From contig JAGWFT010000001.1 of assembly GCA_028867755.1 (NCBI GenBank), positions 1,156,727 through 1,220,726 of the forward strand: a DNA stretch of 64,000 nt, in the 5' to 3' direction. The translations under genes and the position numbers were made by a program. Of the stretch, positions 29,849-38,892 are shown one piece after another. Below the pieces are notes generated by a model, which worked only from the letters and a program-made list of their open reading frames with translations, was not told the DNA's origin and did not search any database. The stretch comes from Nitrososphaerota archaeon. Lineage in GTDB: Archaea; Thermoproteota; Nitrososphaeria; Nitrososphaerales; Nitrosopumilaceae. Position 1 is the stretch's first letter, and each line of letters starts with the position of its first letter.

Positions 29849-30341
29849 ATCTTACCTAATCACCTTTTTTGTTTTATTTGCGATCTGATTTTTATTAAAA
29901 AATTCCTCTTGTTTCATAGAATAAAAATTTTGTTCATAAATCAGTCCTAGTACTAATATAAACAAAAAAGATATTTCCAAGCACGGCGAACTTTCTTGTT
30001 TGTGAAGACAAGAACTCAGACTCACCACCATGGTCTGAACGATCTACCCCCCACAGACAAGGAACGCCTACATTTGATGAGCCAGGCATTGTACGAACAG
30101 ACGCCATGAGACAGAAGGGCAAGTCTTGTTACATATTTTTTATAACATCTAGCGAAATGCCCAAAACTTGTGATGACGTAATATCATTTGATGAGCTTTG
30201 TGCTCTATAACAGAAAAAAAGGCATGTATAGAAAGTTGTTTGTACTGTATTCTAGTGATTATGAAATAGATGACGATGAAGACTAATACAATAATAAAAC
30301 CATCAATAAACGTCATAAATAAGATATGTTTCATTTTATCC

Positions 30342-30578
30342 ATGAATAAACACGAAACCAACAAAAAACTTCTTGATAAATTTACTCTAAGCCAGTTACA
30401 TGATTTTTGCAAGACACATAAAAGAGAGATGAGCGCAATTGACTATAATGACAGAGTAATTCTTGGCGAATCAGATCCTGAAATAATAAAGAAACGATTC
30501 ATCCCATACATGGTTGGCTTTTTTGATCAATCTGAAATCGTAGAATACGCTAGAAAATTCCAAATAAAGATAGACTAG
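30342..30578 (+). CDS. Hypothetical protein, apparent distant paralog of 47907-48251
   Basis: Likely start ATG 30342; LLDKF..QL..FC and C-terminal SEI..YA.K..I shared with 47907 ORF. Confidence 0.6.
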   Translation: MNKHETNKKLLDKFTLSQLHDFCKTHKREMSAIDYNDRVILGESDPEIIKKRFIPYMVGFFDQSEIVEYARKFQIKID

Positions 30579-30596
30579 TTCTGAGAAATTAAATCC

Positions 30597-31253
30597 CTAC
30601 TGCCCTAACGAAGACTGGTTATTTCCTGTAGAATTTGTTGCATTAATAGACTTGGTAGAATTGTCTCCCATTCCAATATTACCTGAATATAACAGTCCTG
30701 CTACAGACATTCGTGCTTGAACCAGCATCAGTTGTTGCTTGACATCTCCATAATTTTGTGTCAACTGACAATCCCACTTGCCTTTTCCAAATACAAGATT
30801 TGAAAATTCTTCAAGGTTGTAATTTTTCTCATAAGAATATGGTATTAACCCCAACACCTTGGTTTTTATCAAAAGCGTTGAATTAAAATCAGTGCCAGTT
30901 TCATTTGATATGGTCCAATCGACAAATGTCTTCATGGCATCAAAGTCTACAAAACTTAATGTTCCCTGTAACTTTTCTTGGGAATAAGGTTGGATGGTTT
31001 TTCCTGTCATCTCAAGTGAACCATAATCATTTGAGATACCATGCATGTCAGATTCTATGCTCTCAACAGTTACAGGCACAAAAGACGGGTTACACACAGC
31101 CAAATTAACATCTATTTCAGATGCACTAACTTGACCTAGTCCGCCTCCAGCAAACTCGAGGCCTCTTGCTGACTGGGACACTTCAATGTATAGTCCTGTT
31201 ATTACCACTGCCATTATCACACCAAATATTGCCAGAGATCTTTTCAAAACCAC
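30597..31253 (-). CDS. Membrane-anchored LEA_2-like Ig-fold protein
   Basis: N-terminal TM; V.L.V.NPS.VPVTVESIE pattern. Confidence 0.6.
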   Translation of the reverse strand: MVLKRSLAIFGVIMAVVITGLYIEVSQSARGLEFAGGGLGQVSASEIDVNLAVCNPSFVPVTVESIESDMHGISNDYGSLEMTGKTIQPYSQEKLQGTLSFVDFDAMKTFVDWTISNETGTDFNSTLLIKTKVLGLIPYSYEKNYNLEEFSNLVFGKGKWDCQLTQNYGDVKQQLMLVQARMSVAGLLYSGNIGMGDNSTKSINATNSTGNNQSSLGQ

Positions 31254-31503
31254 ACTAGATTATCCAAATGTCAATAAATTTCTTGATGGAGTCTGAGAGA
31301 AAAAACACTAAAAAAACAAATTGCAACTCTAAATGCCGCAATCAAAAAACTAGAAACAAAATAGAAATTCTTCAGATTCACGTATTTACCTCAAGTGAGA
31401 TAAAAGACCAAAGCAATGACGGAAACCTTGAATTGTCAGTCTATTCCCGGTTGTTCATGGATACGTTGTTTGTGTCGATGATCTGTATGAGGAATACCAT
31501 ACC

Positions 31504-31758
31504 ATGAAACGTGGATACGGTATCCTGATAACTGGCGCAGGAATGCTAGTTATTGGTCGTTTTCTTTCACAATGGATAGTAAACAGCATACCCACCATCA
31601 ATCCCTCACACTCATCCATGATGGCAGACGCCCAATATCACATGTTGTCATGGAGTAACCAACTAGATACAATCAGCCAGTGGGGGATAATTGTTCTTGT
31701 CATAGGCGGATTTGTGACTGTACTTGATAGAATAAAAAAACCAAAGACATCTCTCTAA
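31504..31758 (+). CDS. Small 2-TM membrane protein
   Basis: Two hydrophobic helices and a basic C-terminal tail. Confidence 0.65.
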   Translation: MKRGYGILITGAGMLVIGRFLSQWIVNSIPTINPSHSSMMADAQYHMLSWSNQLDTISQWGIIVLVIGGFVTVLDRIKKPKTSL

Positions 31759-31780
31759 ATCCTTAAATCAAATTACGGAT

Positions 31781-32050
31781 ATGTTACATAACATGTCTGC
31801 AAAAACAATCGGAATTATACTGGCCGGTTTTGTCGGCGGTGTGATCGCAATAGGAATTGCAATGTCAGCTGGATCCGGATGGGAGCAGCCAGGTACGTAT
31901 ACAGGAGTAAGCAATGCAGCACACACTGTAAACGACTCTGCACATTGTTATGCATTTCAGACTGGATGTAGTGTTTCAAACTATGGTACAACCACATCTG
32001 CTTCAGACAATAGTGGAGCAGCTTTAAGTGGCAGTTATGGCGGCCCATAG
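31781..32050 (+). CDS. Small membrane-anchored/secreted Ser-Gly-rich protein
   Basis: N-terminal TM; HCYAFQTGC cysteine pair. Confidence 0.6.
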   Translation: MLHNMSAKTIGIILAGFVGGVIAIGIAMSAGSGWEQPGTYTGVSNAAHTVNDSAHCYAFQTGCSVSNYGTTTSASDNSGAALSGSYGGP

Positions 32051-32125
32051 ATAAAATCCTAATTATTTTTTAGTTTGAACTGTTAGTTGGCACAGTTTTT
32101 CAAGCAGTTTTCTTAATTACGTAGA

Positions 32126-32287
32126 TTAGTGTTTTATCGAAAGAATCTTGTCGCATTCTTTGCATATGATAAGATTTTCTTTTTTATCAATGCTATCAGA
32201 ACCGCATCTTATACAGATAAGAATGTGCTTTCTTGAGTTTTTCATGCCAAAAAAGTTCAAAAGATCATGCTTACGACTTGATGCCAT
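32126..32287 (-). CDS. Small zinc-ribbon protein
   Basis: CIRC...CKEC; likely start at ATG 32287 or a later Met. Confidence 0.5.
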   Translation of the reverse strand: MASSRKHDLLNFFGMKNSRKHILICIRCGSDSIDKKENLIICKECDKILSIKH

Positions 32288-32578
32288 TTGTACCAAGATC
32301 GAATAGTCACGATATAATTTAATCACTAGGTATGCATTGAATTGCACTGCAAACATTTTAGAGATTTCTGACTACAGGCAAAAGATTTGGTGCTGGGATC
32401 TAAAAAATATGTCTCCATGCCTATTTTAAATAATAAACATGGAGGTAGCGAATGATTGTTTAGCCGATTAAGTTGGGCTAGAGTCTGTAATCGCTCGGAG
32501 GTAAGCTCTGACACTTGGTTTTTGCATCGTATAATTAGTTTTAAAGATTCAATTCAAATTGTTACAGCTATAAATCAA

Positions 32579-32797
32579 TTATAGTTTAACGCCTTTTTTG
32601 GAATTTTTTAACTTTTTCTTGTCAAGTTGTCTGATTCCAAAACCTGCAAAAAAGAGCAGCCATCCAAAAATTGTTACAGTTCCCAAGGTACCTTTTATAG
32701 ACTGGAAGTTTGCTGCGTTTGAAAAAGCTGAAGAGAGTATCCAGTTTACAACCTGCATAGCAAGACCAATTGCCATGATGATTGTACCACGTTGCAT
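32579..32797 (-). CDS. Small 2-TM membrane protein
   Basis: Two hydrophobic helices, Lys-rich tail; resembles 31504 ORF. Confidence 0.65.
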   Translation of the reverse strand: MQRGTIIMAIGLAMQVVNWILSSAFSNAANFQSIKGTLGTVTIFGWLLFFAGFGIRQLDKKKLKNSKKGVKL

Positions 32798-32910
32798 ACA
32801 GTCATAGATTTCATACAGATCTTAAAGGTTCCTCAATAAATTACGAAGCAATTTAGAATATGGACTCCATCTAGCCCCACCTTAAAATACGATTTCTGTG
32901 TAATTATATC

Positions 32911-33264
32911 ATGCAAGGTTCAAGTGCGCTAGATAATTATGATTTAAGAAAAGCACATCAAGCTTTGAAAATGCTTCTTATCGATAGAAGTAATGAGTTT
33001 CGCATACTTGCTCTAGGCATAGGGTATCCAATCAATACCAAAGACTGGGAATTAATAGTCCTGAATTTTTGCCTTGACTTTATAGAGTGTTTTCATACAT
33101 GGTCAGATGATAATCCGCCTGATCATTATCATATTCACAAGTGTATGACACAGATGAGGCAGATGGCTAGAGGAAAATCAACCATGACTGAAGTCACACA
33201 TCTTCAAAATACCGCATACCTAATTGCAGAGGATTTTAAAGCAATTTACAAGAGAATGGAATAG
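32911..33264 (+). CDS. Hypothetical protein
   Basis: 117-aa ORF with clean start and stop. Confidence 0.75.
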   Translation: MQGSSALDNYDLRKAHQALKMLLIDRSNEFRILALGIGYPINTKDWELIVLNFCLDFIECFHTWSDDNPPDHYHIHKCMTQMRQMARGKSTMTEVTHLQNTAYLIAEDFKAIYKRME

Positions 33265-33326
33265 GGCCTTTTTAGAAATTTAACATAGTGATTCTTTTTA
33301 CATTTTAGACTCAAGTTTACTCTTTT

Positions 33327-33509
33327 TTATCGAATAAGATAGAAACAATTCCATTTCATATGAGGAATTGATTGCATACTAGGCTGTACACAGTGTAGGA
33401 TGTAATGTTCTGGCATATGTGGCGTTACAAGGAAATGCACTGTAGCAATTGCAGTTCCTATTCCAATTAATACTGAAATTATTGATATCGCAATAACCGA
33501 TTTATTCAC
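33327..33509 (-). CDS. Small membrane-anchored protein
   Basis: N-terminal TM followed by His/Cys-containing tail. Confidence 0.5.
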   Translation of the reverse strand: MNKSVIAISIISVLIGIGTAIATVHFLVTPHMPEHYILHCVQPSMQSIPHMKWNCFYLIR

Positions 33510-33610
33510 AATATAATTACGTCAGCATTAACTTTAAGGATTCTTCAACAAATCATAACGCATTCTATAACGTAGTGTTGATGTGTTTTCGCAGAGCAGG
33601 CAGACTAATG

Positions 33611-34270
33611 TCAGCTGACACTTTCTTGATACGAGCTTGAAACCTGACCATCGTATAGCGCTTCAAGTGCACCTTCATCGCATTCTGAAATTTGCGAGAT
33701 AGTTGGATCAACCTCTGGGTACATGATATCACCATACAAGGTAGAGTGCCCAAGACCCAATGCATGACCAAACTCGTGTCTTACTACCGCACCAAATTCT
33801 TCATCGGTAAGATGATCTACTTGAAATATAACGATACGTGCGTTTGTTACCATTTCACCCGTTCGAGTAAACGTAGTCAGACCAGAATATCCTAGTTCAT
33901 TCTTGTCTGTTGTCAATATGATAGTTATCTGAGATATATCATTAGACGAGTTTGTTATCTTGATGTTCTCTGGAACAAAAAATAAATGATGATTAGCAGA
34001 GGCCTTGAGCAGTACTCCTTCCCAACCTATGAAGACCAACTTTCCATCGTGCTCATAAGAACCTGTTGAGAATATGGCTTCTTTTAGCATGTTAATTTTA
34101 TCAGTAGATACTGGCTGGTTTGCAACAATCTTGATTAGTAATGGGTTATTGTTTGGTACCACAAGAGGAAAATGTGTGGTTATTTTGTCGTATTCTTGTT
34201 GAGACCAGACATTTGTAGGAATGATGCACAAGAATGCAAAAACTGGAACAAGAAAGACTGATTTCCACAT
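33611..34270 (-). CDS. Secreted matrixin/M10-like zinc metalloprotease
   Basis: Signal peptide; HEFGHALGLGHS metzincin motif; Met-turn IMYP. Confidence 0.88.
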   Translation of the reverse strand: MWKSVFLVPVFAFLCIIPTNVWSQQEYDKITTHFPLVVPNNNPLLIKIVANQPVSTDKINMLKEAIFSTGSYEHDGKLVFIGWEGVLLKASANHHLFFVPENIKITNSSNDISQITIILTTDKNELGYSGLTTFTRTGEMVTNARIVIFQVDHLTDEEFGAVVRHEFGHALGLGHSTLYGDIMYPEVDPTISQISECDEGALEALYDGQVSSSYQESVS

Positions 34271-34388
34271 TTGGAAAATAGATCGTGATAAACAAGATAG
34301 GATCCATTGTGTAATAGTAAGTTACATACTGCAAATGATGTCTTTGTTTTACAGAATGAGACAAAGTTTGACGTTGTAATGGTTTTTC

Positions 34389-34681
34389 TTACCTTTGAGA
34401 GTCATTAGTAATCTGAAAATTTCTTATTCCATTCGTTTGACCATTTCCTAATGAAAGGGACTGGAAGTATAATGAAAATCACCAAACCACCAATTAGACC
34501 ATAAGGCCATGGAAAAATTATTTGAAGAACTATGCTAGATGCCAATGTTATGGGTATGAAAATCAGTCCAAACACAAGCTTTTCAATTCTATAAAATGCA
34601 TAAATCCAAACATACGGTAGCAAACAAAGAATGGTTTGTACATTTACATTCACAGGTTCTTGTTTTACCATTGAGAGTCAT
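34389..34681. repeat. 17-bp direct repeat (1 mismatch) bracketing gene 34405-34671
   Basis: TTACCTTTGAGAGTCAT at 34389-34405 and TTACCATTGAGAGTCAT at 34665-34681. Confidence 0.6.
34405..34671 (-). CDS. Small membrane protein
   Basis: About 3 TM segments; start overlaps stop of upstream nuclease gene. Confidence 0.65.
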   Translation of the reverse strand: MVKQEPVNVNVQTILCLLPYVWIYAFYRIEKLVFGLIFIPITLASSIVLQIIFPWPYGLIGGLVIFIILPVPFIRKWSNEWNKKFSDY

Positions 34682-35186
34682 CCATTTCGTCCAACATCTC
34701 GTAATCCTGCCGTACTGTATTCCAAAATATCTCTACATCTTCAGGAGAATCAGTGACATTTGGAATTCTACATATTAAAAGCGGAATCGTTACATTTTTT
34801 GAATTTCCATACTGGTTTTGAGTTAGTCTACTTTTTCCAGTCTTGACCTCTACCCATTTGAAATCCTCTGCTTTTACATCATCAAGAATTCTCGGATTAT
34901 CACTCTCATATGCCTTGCAAGCAAGAAAATCATAAACAAATGAGGGATTTGCTTCACTGTTGTTTGATGGTACTGCCAAACTTTGGATTTCATTTCTTAG
35001 TTCCGAAGGAATTTTTACCATTATTCTTTCAAATCCAAACTTGAATTCCAATCTGTCATTTTGAATCTTATTTTTGTAAATTTGTTCTAAAGATGTGTAT
35101 GCCCATCCACGTTGTGCACAATATTCTTTGTAATAGCATTCGCCAAGAGATCCTTTCAATTCATTTGTGATCTCAACTTTACCCAT
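34665..35186 (-). CDS. PD-(D/E)xK nuclease-fold protein
   Basis: GSLGE, FVYDF, WVEVKTGKSRLTQNQ pattern. Confidence 0.6.
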   Translation of the reverse strand: MGKVEITNELKGSLGECYYKEYCAQRGWAYTSLEQIYKNKIQNDRLEFKFGFERIMVKIPSELRNEIQSLAVPSNNSEANPSFVYDFLACKAYESDNPRILDDVKAEDFKWVEVKTGKSRLTQNQYGNSKNVTIPLLICRIPNVTDSPEDVEIFWNTVRQDYEMLDEMDDSQW

Positions 35187-35265
35187 TGTAAAGTAGCAGA
35201 ACTTCTAAACCATAACCTTTACGACAACAGCATGTTTCTACGAGTAAAAAGGGGGTAAACCATTT

Positions 35266-37458
35266 TTACTCTTTATCCACAAACTCGTCTGCTGTCGGAG
35301 GCTCTGGGCTCAGACCCTTTCTCTTGCGAAGATCACCTATTATAGTAGGCAAGATAGAGTTTGGAACTGGCGTCCAAGCTTTAAAGTGCGTGTTCCACAT
35401 TGCTTTTCCGGCAGTCTGTCCACGCATTATCTCTGACAAGTCAAATGTCTCAGATGCAGGAATCTCTCCTGTTATAATATTTACAACACCTTTTTGCTCC
35501 ATGTTTAACACTTTTCCTCTCTTTCCTGATATCACACCTGCAACGTTGCCGATTAGTTCCTGTGGTATTCTAACCTCGATTCCAAGTGTTGGCTCTAGCA
35601 GTACAGGCTGGGCAAGCAACATGGACCCCATGCATGCACGTCTTGATGCAGGACCTAGTTGTGAAAGACCCCTGTGTGCCGGGTCCTCGTGAGGAACAAA
35701 ATGGTGGAATGTAAACTTGCATCCTCTTACCTGTTCTCTTGTCAAAGGTCCTTCCTTCATGGTATCATCAAATCCTGACAGTATGGAATCAGTTGATTCC
35801 TGAACAAACTGGACACCTTTTGTGCCATCAACCATAACATTTCCTCTAGTATCAAATCTCATTACACGCTTGGCATCATCTCCATCCCAGCCAGCATCTT
35901 TCAATATTTTCTGTACTTCCTTTTTGTCCTTGTACTCGTTTAGTGTTCCGTTTCGTATCATCTCGGCAACTTTCTCGTCGAGCGGTTCGACTTTCATGAA
36001 TATCTTGTTGTGTCTGTTTGGTGACTTGGCCATGATGGGTCCTGCAGATCCTCGAATTGTCTCTCTGTAATTGATCAAGGGCTGCGAAGTAACGATATCC
36101 ACCTTGGCATCAGCAATCAGTGCAGTTGCAATCTCAAGGTGAAGCACACCCATGCCAGCAATCACAGTCTCTCCGCTTTCCTCGTTTATCTTTACTACCA
36201 AGTTGGGGTCTTCAATTGTAATTCTGTTTAATGCCTCGACTAGTTTTGGCAAGTCTTTTGGATGCTTTGGCTCTACTGCAATTTGCACAACTGGTTCTGA
36301 CACATACTGGATTCCCTCAAATGTATGAACACCTGGCACTGTAGATATTGTCTGGCCTGCTCTTGCATGTTCCAGTCCGAGAAGCGCTGGAATGTTTCCC
36401 GCTGCAAGCTCGCCCACCATCTCTCTTTGGTTGCCCATGAAAAAGTTGACAGACTGGATTCTTCCTTCTCGCTTTGTATCAATGATATGAATTCTATCAC
36501 CGTCTTTTATTCTTCCAGAAAATAATCTTCCTATTGCAACAGGACCTGCAGCTGGGTCAACTGTCATGTTTACAATCATCATTATAGCAGGACCATTATC
36601 GTCACAGTTTAGCAATGCCTTTCCGATATCAGATTCAAGGTCGCCTTTCCATATTTTTGGAATTCTGTACTTTTGTGCAACATCAGGCGGAGGATGGTGC
36701 TTTACTACCATTCCAAGAACTGCGTCATATAGTGGAGCCTTTTCTGCAAGGGCCTTGATATCGCCCCCTTCAGAATATGCAGTATAGATGTCTTTGAATG
36801 ATATTCCTTTCTTTTTCATTACATCTGCATTAAATCCCCACTTGTCCTTTGCAGAACCAAATGAGACACTGCCATCCTGAATGCTTACCTTCCACTTGTC
36901 CTTGTATTCGGGCTCTGCATAAATCTCAATTAATCTATTAAAGTTGGTAATAATCTCAAGTAGCCATTCTTGCATCTTTTCTGGAGGCAGTCTTAGCTCC
37001 TTTATGAGACGGTCAATCTTGTTGATATAAAGTACTGGTCTGACCCTCTCCTCTAGTGCTTGACGAGTTACTGTTTCTGTCTGTGTCATGATGCCTTCTA
37101 CGGAATCTGATACCACAACTGCACCATCGATTGCCCTAAGGCTTCTAGTTACACGACCTGTAAAGTCAATGTGTCCTGGAGTATCAATCATGTTAATGAC
37201 ATATTCTTGATTATCTTTTTCATAAAGTAAAGTAACATTTGCCTGAACAATTGTCATCTGTCTGTCTTGCTCTAGTTTCATAGAATCAAGTGCAAGGGCT
37301 TGGCCTGCCACAGATGGGCTGATGATACCGCTTGATGCAAGAAGACTGTCACTCATGGTGGTCTTGCCGTGATCTACGTGAGCTATCACACCAAAATTTC
37401 TGATAAGTTTCTTATCTCCAATAATTTTGAGAATCTGGTCAGTCGCCTTGAATTTCAT
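35266..37458 (-). CDS. fusA: Translation elongation factor EF-2
   Basis: AHVDHGKTT, DTPGH, NKID; diphthamide loop HEDPAHRG. Confidence 0.98.
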   Translation of the reverse strand: MKFKATDQILKIIGDKKLIRNFGVIAHVDHGKTTMSDSLLASSGIISPSVAGQALALDSMKLEQDRQMTIVQANVTLLYEKDNQEYVINMIDTPGHIDFTGRVTRSLRAIDGAVVVSDSVEGIMTQTETVTRQALEERVRPVLYINKIDRLIKELRLPPEKMQEWLLEIITNFNRLIEIYAEPEYKDKWKVSIQDGSVSFGSAKDKWGFNADVMKKKGISFKDIYTAYSEGGDIKALAEKAPLYDAVLGMVVKHHPPPDVAQKYRIPKIWKGDLESDIGKALLNCDDNGPAIMMIVNMTVDPAAGPVAIGRLFSGRIKDGDRIHIIDTKREGRIQSVNFFMGNQREMVGELAAGNIPALLGLEHARAGQTISTVPGVHTFEGIQYVSEPVVQIAVEPKHPKDLPKLVEALNRITIEDPNLVVKINEESGETVIAGMGVLHLEIATALIADAKVDIVTSQPLINYRETIRGSAGPIMAKSPNRHNKIFMKVEPLDEKVAEMIRNGTLNEYKDKKEVQKILKDAGWDGDDAKRVMRFDTRGNVMVDGTKGVQFVQESTDSILSGFDDTMKEGPLTREQVRGCKFTFHHFVPHEDPAHRGLSQLGPASRRACMGSMLLAQPVLLEPTLGIEVRIPQELIGNVAGVISGKRGKVLNMEQKGVVNIITGEIPASETFDLSEIMRGQTAGKAMWNTHFKAWTPVPNSILPTIIGDLRKRKGLSPEPPTADEFVDKE

Positions 37459-37734
37459 GTTTTAGCTAAATCCTTTTCTAGCCGCTATTAAACGTTAAGA
37501 ATTACACAATTCATCAATAGATCATAGAAGAACTGATGTTTCAGTCTTTTTTCTTCAATAAAGAAACAATCTTTCTTGCATTTCTTCTTTGTATGTAATG
37601 ATGTCAACCCAAAACAAAAAACAAAACTTGTTACTGAGGATTTTTTAGTTTTAGGGCTTGCATTGTTTCTTTTTCAAATGCAGAGACAGAACACATGACT
37701 TGGATATTTATAATAGGGCCAAAAATCCTACCTT

Positions 37735-38556
37735 ATGGAAATAACAATTGGCCATACTCCAGATTCTGATGATGCATTCATGTTTTATGCAATGCTTACT
37801 GACAAGGTCACATCTCCACACTTTACAGTCAAACATGTCGTAGAAGATATCGAGACTTTGAACAAGCGAGCCCTAAACCACGAGCTTGATGTCACAGCAG
37901 TTTCCGCACATGCTTGCGCATACCTCAAAGAATACACCATATTACGAAGTGGGGGAAGTTTTGGCAAGGGTTATGGCCCAATAGTAATTTCAAAGCAAGA
38001 CATTTCACCTGATAAGTTACGTCACTCCAAGATAGCAATTCCTGGAAAGATGACATCTGCATTTCTTTTGTTACAGTTGATGATTGGCAAGTTTGATTAC
38101 GTTGAGATGAAATTCAGTGACATACCAGACGCTGTTTTAAGAGGCGATGTAGATGCAGGGCTTGTCATACATGAGACCCAGATAACGTATGAGCAAAACA
38201 AGCTTGTAAAAATAATGGATGCAGGCGAGTGGTGGCGAAATAGCACAGGAGGTCTTCCAGTTCCGCTTGGGGTAAATGTAATGAGCAATCATTTTGGTCC
38301 TGACATGATAAAAAAATTTGATGCATTTTTCAAAGAGTCAATTGTTTATGGAATGGCGCGCGTTAGTGATGCACTAGATTATGCAATGCAGTACAGCCGA
38401 GGACAGCCAAGAGACCTTATTGAAAGATTTGTCCGCATGTATGTCAATGATATCACAATTGAGATGGGAATACTAGGCGAGCATGCAACACGAAGTCTAT
38501 TTCAACTCGGAATAGAAAAAGGGCTCATTCCGGAATTTGATCTAAGATTTGCATAA
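37735..38556 (+). CDS. mqnD: 1,4-dihydroxy-6-naphthoate synthase
   Basis: GHTPDSDDAFMFYA, GYGP, AIPG..TSA, LVIHE, LPVPLG. Confidence 0.9.
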   Translation: MEITIGHTPDSDDAFMFYAMLTDKVTSPHFTVKHVVEDIETLNKRALNHELDVTAVSAHACAYLKEYTILRSGGSFGKGYGPIVISKQDISPDKLRHSKIAIPGKMTSAFLLLQLMIGKFDYVEMKFSDIPDAVLRGDVDAGLVIHETQITYEQNKLVKIMDAGEWWRNSTGGLPVPLGVNVMSNHFGPDMIKKFDAFFKESIVYGMARVSDALDYAMQYSRGQPRDLIERFVRMYVNDITIEMGILGEHATRSLFQLGIEKGLIPEFDLRFA

Positions 38557-38613
38557 GACAAAATTGATCATTAATGGTTAATTAGGAGATACACACTAGT
38601 TACAAATACAGCG

Positions 38614-38892
38614 ATGGACAAGCGAATACTTCTTCTTGGCATTGCAATGCTTGCAGCAGGTGGATTGTCATGGTTTTACTTTAACAGCGTCATACCTATG
38701 AGTACACCTAACATGACAGAAGAGGAGACGAATGCTTTCTATCAAGCCCAAGCAGTAAACATTGGACTGACAAACATTTCTGAGATGGTAGCAGGGCTTG
38801 GATTTTTCATAACACTTATCAGCTTTGGCTTGAGGCGCAGGAAAAAGGGCGGGGTTGGAAAACCAGTTACACAAAAACCTGCAGAGGTCTAG
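38614..38892 (+). CDS. Small 2-TM membrane protein
   Basis: Two hydrophobic helices and a basic tail. Confidence 0.7.
   Translation: MDKRILLLGIAMLAAGGLSWFYFNSVIPMSTPNMTEEETNAFYQAQAVNIGLTNISEMVAGLGFFITLISFGLRRRKKGGVGKPVTQKPAEV

Noticed and set aside
31268-31507. Track ORF 31268-31507 (+)
   Set aside because: Low-complexity A-rich sequence with no recognisable domain; could be a gene remnant but this is unsupported.
32326-32514. Track ORF with C-x6-CxxC tail
   Set aside because: TTG start, low-information N-terminus and an incomplete zinc motif; more likely debris in the variable island.
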